Assembly (NCBI GenBank): GCA_041650395.1
Contig: JBAZLG010000003.1
Location: 310,917 to 374,916 of the forward strand
Direction of reading: 5' to 3'
DNA: 64,000 nt
Origin: Candidatus Micrarchaeia archaeon
GTDB taxonomy: Archaea; Micrarchaeota; Micrarchaeia; Anstonellales; VGKX01
The position numbers and the translations under genes were made by a program. This document shows, piece after piece, positions 1 to 13,200 of this stretch. The notes under the pieces are model-generated. The model made no database searches and was not told where the DNA came from. It was given only the letters and a program-made list of their open reading frames with translations. Each line of letters opens with the position of its first letter. Position 1 is the stretch's first letter.

Positions 1-2
1 CC

Positions 3-251
3 AAATTCGACGACTTGAACAAGAGTTTCACCCAAAGGAGGTTCAAGTGGAAGGAAATAATGGCCAACTGCGAAGAATTCCACGTCATAGCCTCGGACAA
101 CGACCCCTACGTGCCGCTGAAAAAGGCAGAGGAGCTTGCCGACATGCTGGACACCAAAGTCGAGATAGTGGAAGGCGCGGGGCACTTCAATGCCCTGGCA
201 AGGTACGACAGGTTCGAATACCTTCTTGACAAAATCAAAAAGAAGAAATAG
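3..251 (+). CDS. RBBP9/YdeN-family alpha/beta hydrolase, C-terminal part (5' truncated by the window)
   Basis: Motifs IASDNDPYVP (acid) and GAGHFN (His) typical of the YdeN/RBBP9 serine hydrolase C-terminus; frame open to the window edge. Confidence 0.8.
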   Translation, partial: KFDDLNKSFTQRRFKWKEIMANCEEFHVIASDNDPYVPLKKAEELADMLDTKVEIVEGAGHFNALARYDRFEYLLDKIKKKK

Positions 252-301
252 GAATGGCAGAGCCGCGCCTGCCAAGTTTGCCTGCCGAAAAAAAGAACAG
301 C

Positions 302-1099
302 CTAGTATATGACAAGCACAGGCTCGGTGTAGCGCCGGATTGAAAAGTCCGCCGCCCGTTTTTTTATCATCTCTGCCATGTGCTGCCTGGCAGTCACTAT
401 GTCGTCTTCCATGAGCCAGCCCAAAGGCAGGTTGAGCCTGATAATCCTGTCAGGTATCGAATGCCTGGTGGACTTTGGCGGGAGCGGGACTCCCGTCTTT
501 GCCTTTGCGACAATCTCGCTTTTAGTGAAATTGCGCCTGTAAAGCACCGTCCTGCCGGAATCGACCGCCTCCATGCACTTGAAGTCCTCGATATATCCCA
601 TGCCGTCAGCCGCGCCGATGCCCTTAAGCACGGCCTGCTGGTCCGCTATAATCTCGTCGAGGGAATTGCCGCCTGAAGCGTAAAGGCAGCATTTCAGCCC
701 AGACGCGGTCTTTGTCATTGCCATGAAATACGCCTGCTTGTTGTCCACTGCAGCCTTGCCAGCCTCGAAATCCACAATCTCGCACTTGAGCTTGCCCACT
801 GCGCTTGGGAACACGCCGGTTGTCGGGAGCCAGCCGCCCACCTTTATTTCCTCGTCATCGTAATCGACAACCTGGCAAGCTGCGCTGACGCACTGGATTG
901 CCTTGAGCACTGAAAACCTGTGGTTGCCGTCAAGGACCACGTGATGTTCCTTGTCCACTATGATTGGGTCCACGAGCTTGCCTATGTTGAGCATTGCCTC
1001 CTTCAGGTAAATCTCGTTCTTTTTTATGGTCTGCTCATGCCCAAGCAGCTTGTCAAGCGGCAATATGTCAAGCTTTGACAGGATTTCATCTGCAATCAT
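302..1099 (-). CDS. ParB/Srx-fold protein, SerK-like (free-serine kinase homolog)
   Basis: HEQ, VLDGNHR, VVDY..IKV..W and C-terminal RRNFTKSE...PPKSTRH follow the motif order I recall for Thermococcus SerK (HEQ, IVDGHHR, ILDY..VKV..W, RKAPTKEE...SPKTTRH). Confidence 0.7.
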   Translation of the reverse strand: MIADEILSKLDILPLDKLLGHEQTIKKNEIYLKEAMLNIGKLVDPIIVDKEHHVVLDGNHRFSVLKAIQCVSAACQVVDYDDEEIKVGGWLPTTGVFPSAVGKLKCEIVDFEAGKAAVDNKQAYFMAMTKTASGLKCCLYASGGNSLDEIIADQQAVLKGIGAADGMGYIEDFKCMEAVDSGRTVLYRRNFTKSEIVAKAKTGVPLPPKSTRHSIPDRIIRLNLPLGWLMEDDIVTARQHMAEMIKKRAADFSIRRYTEPVLVIY

Positions 1100-1241
1100 T
1101 CAAACAAACCCCCTTTGGTTAACTGGACGCACGTTATTGAAACATTGGAAAAGGCAAGGATTAAAACCAGATTACAACGACAATCGCCAAATATGCCGGC
1201 ATGCCGGGATTGGGGTTGCGGAATAAGGCAAGGCGCGCAGG

Positions 1242-4200
1242 CTAATCTTCCTTTGGCGCGGGCGGCGCCGGCTTTTGCGGCCCTTCCTTTTGTTCCCGGA
1301 GGCCATAATCCCCGATAGGAATGTCCTGGGGCGGAACCTGCCCGTCGCCCTTGCCCCGCCTCCTCCTCGCCAGGAATTCCTTGACTGTCGCGGGCAGGCC
1401 GGACTTTGTCACAATAACTAGCTCTATGGCTGCGACTGCGATTCCAATCACGGGGTGCACAAACATGCCCGCGACCACTGGCAGCAATCCAAGCTCTATC
1501 GGGAAGAACGCCATGCCGATTGAAACGCGGTAAACCATGTACGCGGAGGCCGCAAGCACGAGCCACGCAAGCGGCAGGGCAATGGATTCCACGGGTATCT
1601 GCGGGAGCTGGATGCCCGGGGCAGGCACCACTTCGCCAAGCACGCACCTGCCTTCCATGTTGCAGAAGCCCGTGCAGCAGTCCGATGAAATCTGGCACTT
1701 TTGCAATAGCGGCGAGCACTCGGCGCACCTGTTTGCCACGCATTCGCCAGAGCAGCATTCCTTCGTGGACTGGCAGGACGCGCTTGGCAGCTTGCACTGC
1801 GACACCGGCAGGCGCGCCTCGCATACCGCCGCCTCGGAACAGTAGCCGGAGCAGCAGCTCGTGCCAAGCGAGCAGACCTGCCCGTCCGGCAGGCAAGCAG
1901 GCGGCTTGGCGCAGTCGACCACCTCGAACTGCTTTTCAGAATAGAGATAGCCATTGCGCACCGCAGTGACAACGAACGTGCCGTTTTGCGACGGCTGGAA
2001 TATGTATGCGCCCGTGCCGTTGTGGAACAGGCTTTCAGGCACCCTCACGTTTTTCACAATCCTGTAAAGGCTTAGTGTTGCGTCCGGCGGGCTGACCGAC
2101 GCGCTCCCGTAGAACTGGGTGCACTGCGCGTTCACTGTAAGGTTGATTGGCGGCAGCACAACAGGCGTCTGGTTGCGCTCAAGCGAGCATATGCCGTCCG
2201 TGCATATGCCCGAGCAGCAGTCATAATCGTTCTGGCACGAGACTGTCAGGTTGCGGCACGACGGCGGCACTGCGCAGGACTGGACAGTGAAGTACTTGCT
2301 TGTGGACGAATAGCCCACCTTGGACACTGAAAGCTGGTATGAGCCTGCCTCGGGCACGAAGACGTACTTGCCGGCGGAGGAGGTTGAAACAGACACGGGC
2401 GAGAGACCGAGGCTTGACGGCGTGACCTCGACAGAGGAGTCAAGCAGCTGGCGCGTGGCATAGTCCCTGACTGTTATGGTGGCGGTCTCGCCTGCGCAGG
2501 TAGCGGCGAGGTCGACTTGCAGCTTGCGCTCCACAGCCCCGCCTCCCGAAGACACGGGCGGCGGGCTTTGCGAGAGCGAGAACGTGGCATTGGCTGTGTG
2601 CGAATAGCCGAGGTAATCCGTTTCATAGAGCCTGACGGTATAGGTGCCATAGGCAGGCGCAGCCACAGAAAGGCTTGTGGCATTGCACGCTATGGCCGAG
2701 CTGTTTATCACAGTGCCGTTCGAGTCCGCAAGCTCGTAGGAGCACGATATGGAATTCTGCGGGTTGAGTATCCTGTAGACCATGGCGAAGTCGAGCGTGT
2801 CGGCAATGACCTGCGACTGCGCGGGCGACGCGATGCTTGCAGCAAGCTCGGAGAAGTCGGCCCGCAGCGCGAACACGGGGCTCGAGGTCGAATTCAGGCC
2901 GTCGGATATGACAGCCTGCCAGTAATAGGTCGTGTTGTCGGCAAGGCTGAAATATGCCGAAGGCGACGTGCCGGACTGGGCAAGCGCAAGAGACGACAGG
3001 CTCGTGCCAAGGTAGAACGAATAGTTGAGTGCTTGCAGGCTCGACTGCAGGTCCGTCGCATTTGCATAGACCTGCCAGGGCTGCTCGAAGGCCACAGTTG
3101 CGTTGGCGGACGATACAGAAACCAGGCTTGGCGGCGAGTTCTCCATGTAGGTCCTGGTGCCTGAATAGCCAAGCCTTGAATCCGTTGTCGCCACGAGAAC
3201 GGAATAGTTGTATGAGCCTGCCTGCGCAGTTGGGAGCGAATAGGAACAGTAGGCAGGCGGCGCCTGCGAACTCAACGTGCCATTGAAGCTTATGCCGTTG
3301 ATGGTGACAGTGCATGAAGAGATGTTTGCAACCGCGCTGATTGACGCGTTTATGTCAAGCCTGCCAGTGCTGCCTATGTAGTTTTGCGCGGGCGTGGGCG
3401 CCACGAACTGAACCGAAGGCGCGCTCAAGTCTATCGTGAAGTTCCACTCGCTGGAATTCGCAGAGAATCCGGTGCCGTCAAACCCTGCCACGCGCCAGTA
3501 ATACGTGCCTGGCGAGAGCGACAAGTTGGTTGCCGATGAAGTTGAAATGCCATAGAATGCCGGGCCTGGCGAAGTGCCCATGTAGAGGTAATACGACACA
3601 TTGTCGCCGTCAGGGTCGGCGGAGTCGGACCAGTCGAAGCTGACATTGCCGTTTGTCAGGACCTGCCCGCTTGAAGGCGCAATCAGGTACGGCGCCTGCG
3701 GGGCTGTGTTTTGCACGGTGAGGGCCGACGAGTTCGCCGCAGTGCCATTGAGGGTGCCGTCCGTCGGGACAACCTCAAGCGTCCAAATCTGGCCTTTCAC
3801 GACTTCAGAAGCGGGGATTGACGAGACAAGGCCGGAAACCCCCGACTGGAAGCCGGAGGCAAAGCCGGTCCTGTTCCTCGCCCCATTGAGGTACCATGAA
3901 TAGTAATACGATATTGAATCGCCATTGGGGTCAGTTGACGTGGCCCAGCCGTATATGGCGTTCTGCCTGGCAACGTAGGTGCCGTTTGTGGAATTGAGCA
4001 GGCTGACAGAACCCGCCTGCGGCGGCGCATTGGGTATCGACTGGATGGTGGTAGACGCCGACGCATTGGTGTAGTCTGTGCCGTCGAACGCGCTTGCAGT
4101 GCACGTCAGGTTAGTGCCTGCCGGGCAAGTGGATGCAGAGCATGCGAACTGGCTCGAGGATGAGAACGCCTGCACCACGCCGGAGCCAGTTGAGAACTGG

Positions 4201-7200
4201 TAGCGCACTGCCAGGCTGTCCCCGTCAACGTCCGAATACGGCGTCAGGTTGGTGCAGTTCACAAGCGTGCCGGGGTATGCAGGGGCGGATATGCCGACTG
4301 CGAAGTCTGTCGGCGGCGTGTTGCCTATAGTGATTTCGGTGGAATTGATTGCCTGGCCGTCAGCCATGCCGTCGCTTGGCCTGATTTCAAGCACCCATCT
4401 CTGGCCTTTAACTATGCCGCCGGTCCTGTTTGCGGCATTGGACTCAATGCCCTGGGCGAAGTACGCAGACGAGCCCGAAGAATTGAGCGTGCCATTGAGA
4501 TACCACTTGTAATTGTAATATACCGGGTCTGACTGGTTGTCGGTGGCGTTTGCCATGCCAACAAGTATGTAGCCGCGCCTGAACCCGCTGCCCCCGGTGG
4601 AATTGACAATCCGCGAGGAGAGCGCCGCGGGCGGCGTGTTGGCAGGCGAGGATATCACCCTGCTTACAGTGGCGTCAGTGTGGTCCGTCCCGTCGCTTGC
4701 CCTGATTGTGCAGGACAGGGTCATGCCGGCCGGGCATGTGGCAGGCGAGCACGAGAGCGTGCCCGCCGGGGAGAATGCCTGAAGCTCGGTTGTGGAATTG
4801 AAGAACCTGTAAGTGAGGGACACGGCGTCGCCGTCAGCGTCGGTTATCGCCGAAGTGTTGGCGCAGGTCACGGTCGAGTTAGGATACATCGGGACCGGAG
4901 AGAGGCCCGCCCCGAACGTGGACGGCGGCGAGTTCTGCACCACGTAGGACGTCGAGTTCTGTGCCGTGCCGTTGAGATAGCCGTCTGTAGGTATTGCCTG
5001 GCAGAATACCGTGTCGGACTTGTTGAAGTACGAGCTTGGAATCACCTGCGAAGCCGATACGAGGGCGCCGTTGACATACCACGCGTAATGCATCGAAGTC
5101 GAATCATTCTCTGGGTCCGACACGCTCGCGTTCTGGCAGGTCAGGCTCGGGTTGGCCTTCATGACAGGCACCGGCACAATGGAAGGCGCCGATGTCACGG
5201 GCGCGCCGTTGGGGAACGCGTGGACAGAAGGCGTAGTGGATGCCTGCTGCGACGCGCTGTCCCTGAACGTGATCGAGATGGTGGTGGAGACGCCTGACGC
5301 GCCGGTGCAGTAATAGGTTGCGTTAAGCGTCTTTATGCCCTGGGATATCGACTGGACAGTGCACGTGCCAGAGCTTGCAGAAATCTGGATGTTCGTGATG
5401 TCCTCCGAGCCGTCCGCGTCATATACCCCGCCTGTAACAGTGAACGAGTGGTTGGACGCCGAGTCCGCAAAGGTGTTTTGCACTGCGATGTACGGCGGGC
5501 TGTTTAGTATCTGCGTCGAGTTTGTCGCCGAAGTCGAGTTGATGCCGTACTGGTTGATTATTATGGCGTCCACATAGAGCCTGCCGGAGCAGCCTGCGGC
5601 AATGGAGCAGTCAAACGTGGCATTGCTTGAATACGCCCTGAGCGTGGCGGTCGAGTTCCTCACCCTGTAATAATAGGTATAATTGGTTCCGTCAGGAGTG
5701 GACGCGCCATAGCCTGCGAACGTGAAGCTGGAATTGCCATAGCCAGGCGACGGGCTGATTGTCACATTGGCAGGCGGGAAGGGCACGGAGCTCACGATTG
5801 TCAGGTTTGCCGAAGACTGGCTCGTGCCATTGGCATAGCCGTCTGTCGGGGTTATGCTGCACGAGACAATGTCTCCAATGGAGTATGAGGAGTTTGTCAG
5901 GTAGGATGTGGCTATTCCTGCCGAAGCGCCATTGACGGACCACGAATAGTAGAATGACACAGTGTCATTGTCGGGGTCGCTGGTGCTGCCGTTGGTGCAG
6001 TTTATCTGCGGCGTCTGCTTGTATGCAGTCGACGGTGCAAGGGACGGCGCCGAGGTCGCGGGCGCGTGGTTGGGGTATGAGTTAGCTGCGGGCGCCGACG
6101 CGTTGTACGCGCCCGACTTGTCGGTGAACCCGATCGAGACGGTGCTTGAGGCGAAGGCTGTGCCTGTGCACTCGTATGTCACATTGAAGTAGGAGCCAGA
6201 AGTGTAATTGGAAACATAAACGCACGAGCCGCTTGAAGAGGAAATGTTGGTCGAGGCTATGTCAGAGCCGCCGTCGGCGTCATAAACCCCGGCAGTGGCC
6301 CTGAACTTGTGGCCCGCGCTCTGGTTGGCAAAAACACTCTCGACTGCCAGCGCAGGGTTGGAATTGGATATCGCAAGCCCGGAGGAATTTGCCGCAGTGC
6401 CATTGAGCAGGCCGTCTGTAGGCGTCACCTGGCAGATTACAATGTCATTCTTATAGAAGTACGAGTTGTTGATTGAAGCTGCCGAGGGGGCAACCGCCAC
6501 GCCATTGACATACCACTTGTAATAATACGATACAGTGTCGCCTTCCGCGTCGAACGTGTTGTTTGGAGTGCAGCTTATCTGGGCAGTTGACTTGTAGGCA
6601 GGAATTGGGGCGAGTATCGGGGCAGCGGTGGTGGGCGCCGTGTTGTTTATCAAAAGCGCGCTCGAGTTGCGCGCCGTGCCGCTTGCCGTGCCGTCAAACG
6701 GCCTGATTTCGCAAACCACGCTTTGGCCGTTGGTGTATGACGAGTTAGTTATGTACTGGGTCGTTATGCCCGAATACGCGCTGTTGACAAACCACCTGTA
6801 AGTGAATGAGACCGAATCGCCGTCAGCGTCAGAGGTTGTCCCGTTGTTGCAGGTTATGTTTAAGGTAGTCTTGGCTGCCGTGGGCGGCGCGAGAGTCGGC
6901 ACTCCCGTCACAGGCAGGCTGTTTGATATCACAAGAGCGGAAGAATTGGACGCTGTGCCGTTCTGGTAGCCGTCATAAGGAGTGGCCTGGCAGACAAGGG
7001 AGTCGCCCCTGGCATAGGAGGCATTCGTGATGGAGCTTGTTGAAACCCCGGCACTTGCGCCGTTCTTGAACCACGAATAGCTGACTGACACCGTGTCATT
7101 GTCGATGTCCGCGCCTGTCGCCGAGCAGTTGACCTGCGCCGTAGTCACATACGCCGTGGAAGGCGAGAGGCTGATGTTGGAGATGGCAGGGAGATGGTTG

Positions 7201-10200
7201 GGGTATGAGTTCGCTGCTGGCGCAGACGCGTTGTACGCGCCCGACTTGTCGGTGAACCCGATTGAGACGGTGCTTGAGGCGAAGGCTGCGCCTGTGCACT
7301 CGTATGTCGCATTGAAGTAGGGGCCCGAAGTGGAATTGGAAACGTAAACGCACGAGCCGCTTGACGAGGAAATGTTGGTCGAGGCTATGTCAGAGCCGCC
7401 GTCGGCGTCATAAACCCCGGCAGTGGCCCTGAACTTGTGGCCCGCGCTCTGGTTGGCAAAAACGTTTTCGACTGCCAGCACAGGGTTGGAATTGGACACC
7501 ACGAGCGCCGAGGAATTGACTGCCGTGCCGTTCGCGATGCCGTCAAAGGGCGTTACCTGGCAGACAACCAAGCTCGATTTGTTGAAATTCGAGCTTGCAA
7601 GGTACGGGGTCGAGGCAGCCTGCGCCACGCCGTTGACGTACCACCTGTAGAAGAAAGCCACAGTGTCGTTCTCATTGTCGCTTGTGGTGCCATTGGTGCA
7701 GTTTATTTGTCCGCTGGACTTGTATGCGGGAATTGGCGAAAGAGCCGGTGCTGCGGTTACAGGCGGGGTGTTTGTAAGGGCGAGTATCGTCGAGTTAACA
7801 GCCGCGCCATTGCCGATTCCGTCATTGGGAGTAATCTGGCAGCGCAGGTCCACTGCATTGTAATAGGTGGCGTTGGTGACGGACTGGCCAGTTATGCCGG
7901 TAGAGGCATTGTTCACAAACCACAGGTAGGAGAACGTGACAGAGTCGCCATCGGCGTCCGCCGTCGTGTTGTTATAACACGTTATTGCAGGCGTGTTCTT
8001 GTTTGCCACTGAAGGCACGAGGTATGGCGCGCTTGTCACAGGCAGGCTGTTGGAAACCACAAGCGCGGTCGAATTCACCGCCGTGCCGTTCTGATAGCCG
8101 TCATAAGGAGTGGCCTGGCAGACAAGGGAGTCGCCCCTTGCATAGGAGGCGTTTGAAATGGAGCTCGTGGCAATGCCAGTGGACGCGCCGTTTTTGAACC
8201 ACAGGTAATTCAGTGTTACCGTGTCATTGTCCGCGTCGGACGGGGAGGCCGTGCAATTCACCTGCAAAGTAGATGCGTAGGCCACGGCAGGCGCCAGAGT
8301 CACGTTGGTTGCCACGGGCAGGTGGTTTGGATATGCAGCCACTGAAGGAGTCGAGGCATTGTAAGCGCCCGACTTGTCCGTGAAGCCGATTGAGACAGTA
8401 GTTGATGCAAGCGCGGTGCCAGAGCACTCGTATGTCACGTTGAAATATCCGCCCGCGGTCGAGTTTGAAACGTAAACGCACGAGCCGGAGGTCGAGGAAA
8501 TGTTGGTCGAGGCCATGTCTGAAGCCCCGTCGCCGTCAAACACGCCCGCGCTCACGCGGAACCTGTGCCCGGCGCTCTGGTTAGCTATCGAGTTCTGCAA
8601 TGCCATCTGCGGCACGGAGTTCAGTATGGCGAGGGGCGAGGAATTGACGCTTGTGCCATTGACAAACGGGTCTGAAGGCGTTACCTGGCAGACTATGGAG
8701 TCGCCCTTGGAATATGATGAATTCGTTATTGACTGGCTTGAAACCCCGGCAGAATTGCCATTTACAAACCACTTGTACGACAGCGTGACATTGTCGCCGT
8801 CCGGGTCATAGGTCGAATTCGCGCTGCAGGTTATGGAAGGCGTGGTCTTGTAAGCGGGCGTAGGCGAGAGCACGGGCGTGCCTGTGACAGGCGGCGAGTT
8901 TATCACCTGGACCTGCGACGAGTTCATGCTCGTGCCGTTTAGCTCCCCGTCAAAGGGAGTTATCTGGCAGATTATGGTGGCTCCATTGGAGAATGAAGAG
9001 TTCGTCAGGTTCTGGCTTGTAATGCCGGAAAAGTTGCCATTGACAAACCACTTGTAGTAGAATGACACATTGTCGCCGTCAAAGTCGGAACTCGTGCCGT
9101 TCACGCACGACACCTGCGACGTGTTCTGGTAAATGGTTGGCGGCGCTATTGCGGGGACCGAAGTCACGGGCGCCGTGTCCAGCACGGTGATTGTGGTGGA
9201 ATTTACGGCAGAGCCATTGACAGGGCCGTTTGTGGGGGTGGCTTCAAGGGTCCAGTTCTGGTGCTTCACTACGCCCGTGCCTGTGATGTTGGCTATGTTC
9301 ACAAGCGCGCTAGACGCGAAGCCGTTTGGAGTAGAGTAATTGACAATGGCATATACCTGCGTGACAAAGGTCGAGCCTGAAGTCGCCGGCCCTTTCGCCT
9401 TTACGCCGATTTGCAGGCTTGACATGTCCGCGGAGTTCCAGTTGCCAAAGTCGCTTGGCCTGTATTGCCATGAATCCGAGTATGTAGCCCACGAGGAAGT
9501 GACAGAGTGCGCTGCCCCCAGGGTCGTCACATTGTGCTCGCGTATCGCAAGCTCCACGGTCCCGCCAGTGCCAGCGCCGAATGATTCTGCGACCGCGAAG
9601 AGTTCCAATGAAGTGATTGGCGAGCCCGAAGGCACAATGCCGGACGTCACAGTGTAGAGGTCGAGCAGGTATGAGCCCGAATCCGCGAACACGTAGGACG
9701 TGAGGCCGTCCATAGACGCCTCGTCAACGCTTTGCCAGTTTGGCGGCGCGGGTTCCGCGCTTAGCTGGCTTGAATTGCCGATTCCCGCGGGGCGCAGGGT
9801 TGCGTTAGACGGCGCGGAAACAACCCCGATAGAGCCGCTTGAATTCAGGGTGCCGTCAAGATACCATTTGTAGTAATAGCCGAGGTTGTTGCCGTCAAAG
9901 TCAGTGCCATTTGCATAGCCGAGAAGGCTGGAATTCGTGTAAAGCGCGCTGCCGCCCGTGGAGTTCCTTATCTGGACAAGCGAGAGCTGCGGCTCGGAGC
10001 CCACTGCCACAAAGACAGAGGACGTGGCATTGGAATAGCCGTTTGAAGCGGTGACCTCAAATTTCCACCTGTCCCCGCCCACGGCAGGCGTGGAGTTGCC
10101 TATGTTTGCTTCAATTCCTTGCAGCACCGGGCCGAAACTGCCCGTGGAATTGAGCACCCCGTTCCTGTACCACTTGTAAGTGTAATTGAGCGTGTCATTG

Positions 10201-13200
10201 TCAGCCTGCGACGCGTTGGCATAGCCTACAAGCACGGAGCCGTTCCTAAACGTAGTGCCGCCAGTGGAATTGAGCACGCGCAGGGATGGAATCGAAGGGG
10301 GCATGTGCGAGATGGCAAAGGGCGATGAGTTGAGGGCGGTGCCATTGTCCAGCCCGTCAAAAGGCGTGATTTCAAGCACCCAGACCGAGTCCGCGGACAG
10401 GGACGAGTTTGGTATGGAGGAAATGTTCACAAGCCTGCCCTGCGTGTAATTGCCCGCAGCCACGCCGCTTGAGAACAATGCCCCGTTCTTGTACCATTTA
10501 TAGTAATATGACAATGTGTTGTTGTCCGCGTCAGTGGCATTGGCAAAGCCCACAAGGGTTCCGGAGCTGTCTGCGTAAGTGCCGTTTGTGGCATTGAGTA
10601 TTGTGCTGTTCGCCATGACAGGCGGGATGTTGGCATATGATATATATACGGGGCTAGAGTTGAGCGCCTGGCCCCTGATGCCGTTTGAGGGCGTGACCTC
10701 GAGTGTCCAGTTCTGGTATGAGACCAGGCCCGAGAAGTTCTGGACATTCACAAGCGCGGACGGCGAATACCAGCCATACGTGGAGCGGGCTGCCTGCTGG
10801 CCTATGCTGGCGTTTAAAATCCGGACCTCGTCAATCAGGCCGACAAAGCCGGAGTTGCGCGAGCCTGTGGCAAAGCCGTTGTCAGGCTCATAATTCGCCT
10901 TGCCCCTGCCTATGAGCGCAGTGTCGAATGTCATTGCCGGCATGCCGAAGGAGAAATTCGCCGCCTGGAACTCGTTGAGGTAAATGCTGGTTGTTGTGGA
11001 ATTGGCGCTGTATGCGATGTATTCCCATTGGCTGCTGTCAAGCGGGCCAGTGTAGAGGTTGCCCGAGAACGGCGCTATTGTGCCCAGGTAATACGTTATC
11101 CCGCTCTCGCCAGTGCCCGCGTAAATCATGCCCGTTGATGCCTCAAGCAGGGACTGGACGTATTTGGAGCTTGTCGAGGGGCCTATGTTGGCGTTCATGA
11201 GCGACCATGAGGCGCCCTTGTCAGCGCTCTTGTACACCCTGCTCCTGTATGAGGACGAGCTTGTTCCAATCCTCGCGCCCGCGTAGATTGTTCCGTCCGA
11301 GCCTTCAAGCAGGGACTGGACGTCAGAAGCGCTTGTGAGCGTGCCGGTGTTTGCCCAAGTCGTGCCATTGTCAGTGCTTTTTAGCACCCTGCCCGAAGTG
11401 GATGTCTGTGACGCGGCCGCGTAGATGGAGCCATCGTCCGCCGCCAGGAACGCGTTTACCGAAACCGAGCCTGAATAAGCCGAAGACCAGCTGGAGCAGT
11501 CCGCGCTTTTGTAAATCTCCCCTGACGCGCTGCCCGCGAGGAACGTGCCCTGCGAAGTTATCATGAGGGAATTGACTGCCGTGGCGCCGACAACAGAGCC
11601 GCATGAGAGTTGCCATGAGCCGCCCGAATATTTCAATATGTTCTCGGTGTCCGTGGCCACGTAAATTGAGCCATCAGGCGCGCGCGCAAGCTGCGTGGCG
11701 GTGGTTGCTCCTGAAAGCGAGCCAGTGTCTGTCCAGTTGGACAGGTTTGAGGCCGAATAATAGACCTTGGCCGTGCCCGCACCGTCATCTCCCGCAGCAT
11801 AAACAGAGCCGTCGGGCATCACCAGAATCGAATTCACAAGGGTGGAAAGCCCCGCATAGCTCCAAGTGGCGCCGTCGTCGGAGCTTGAATACAGGCCGAT
11901 GTCGGTCCCTGCAAGAAGCTTGCCGGACGGGGACTCGGCAAGGCTCCTCACAATGCCGCCGCCGGAGATGGTGGAAGAGTTCCACGCCCCCGCCTTGTCA
12001 ATAGCAGTGGCGTAGAGCCTGCCAGATGAGAACGAATAGCCGATTTTGAGCTGGGAGAGGTTGCCGCCAAGGACGATATAGTCCATGTTGGTTTTGTTGC
12101 CGGAATAATTGGCAGAGAGGTTGGGGCGAAGCCACATTTCAACCGACAATGCGTTAAGGCCGGACATCTGGGCAGAAGTGACGTTCGCGTAGATTTGCGC
12201 CGCCGCCTGCGAGTTTGAAGAATATGATTCCTGCGGGAAATATCTCGCATTTCCAAAGCGCGCCGCAGAGACGCCTGCGCCGCTTGTCGCAGTCGCATTG
12301 AACCTGCCCGTGGCGTCTGCGACTAGGGTGCCGTTGGTTTCGCCCATGTGCCAGAGCCCCAGGGTTGAATTGCCAAGTGCGAAAGTCGAGGCATTTGAAA
12401 CGTGGTCGGCGTAGCGCAGAGTGCCGTCCTGGTACCATTTCAGGTAATAAGTAACCATGTCAGAGGAATTGGCGCTTGTCGCGTTTGCCCAGCCTGTCAG
12501 GTTCATCCTGGCATTGAAATACGTGCCGCCCGTAGAATTGAGTATTGCCGATAGGTTCATGCGCGGGGGCTTTGACCCGCCGCCGCCCGACTCCACGCAC
12601 GTCCACGCGCACGTGCCGTCCGGGCACATCATGTTTGGCGCAATGCAGTTCGGGTCATAATCGCAAGTTGACGGCGTGATGCCGTTTATCCTTACCCACG
12701 CGGCAGTGCCTGAAACAGATATGTTCTGTGGTATTCCTACGTGCACGAAGTCGGAGCCTATCAGGTTGTCGTTCGAGTCGTATACGCCCACCACGTTGCT
12801 CATTCTCGAGACATTGTCCGTAAGCTGCCATGAATAGTTGGTCAGCCGCAGGCCGGGGCTTGTGCAAAGCAGCCCTGTGTATGCGTCCGTGATATTTACA
12901 GTGACAACGGAGCCGGACTGGCTCATGTTCGCGCGGTAGCTGCCCACAAGCCAGCCGCCGGGTGCGTCCATTTTCTCCTGCTGGTCGCGCGTCACGTCGA
13001 GGCTCGTATAATTTGAAAAGACGACGGTGACAAGCCCGGGCAGGCGCGACTTTATGTCCTGCACGTCTATGTCGTAAAGCGAGCAGTTGACCGGGTCGGG
13101 CACGAAATAAGCCAGGCCGGGGCCGTAGTTGTGGACATATGAAGTGGTGTTGTTTTCAATGAAGAAAAGCCCGACCCTGGAGCTGTTATAGCCCGGCTGG

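Noticed and set aside
1096..1896. 266 aa ORF and the many other overlapping or antisense ORFs in the track (e.g. 40692-41606, 51786-53084, 35966-36808)
   Set aside because: They overlap well-supported genes, are Arg/Pro/Gly-rich shadow frames typical of GC-rich DNA, and carry no motifs.
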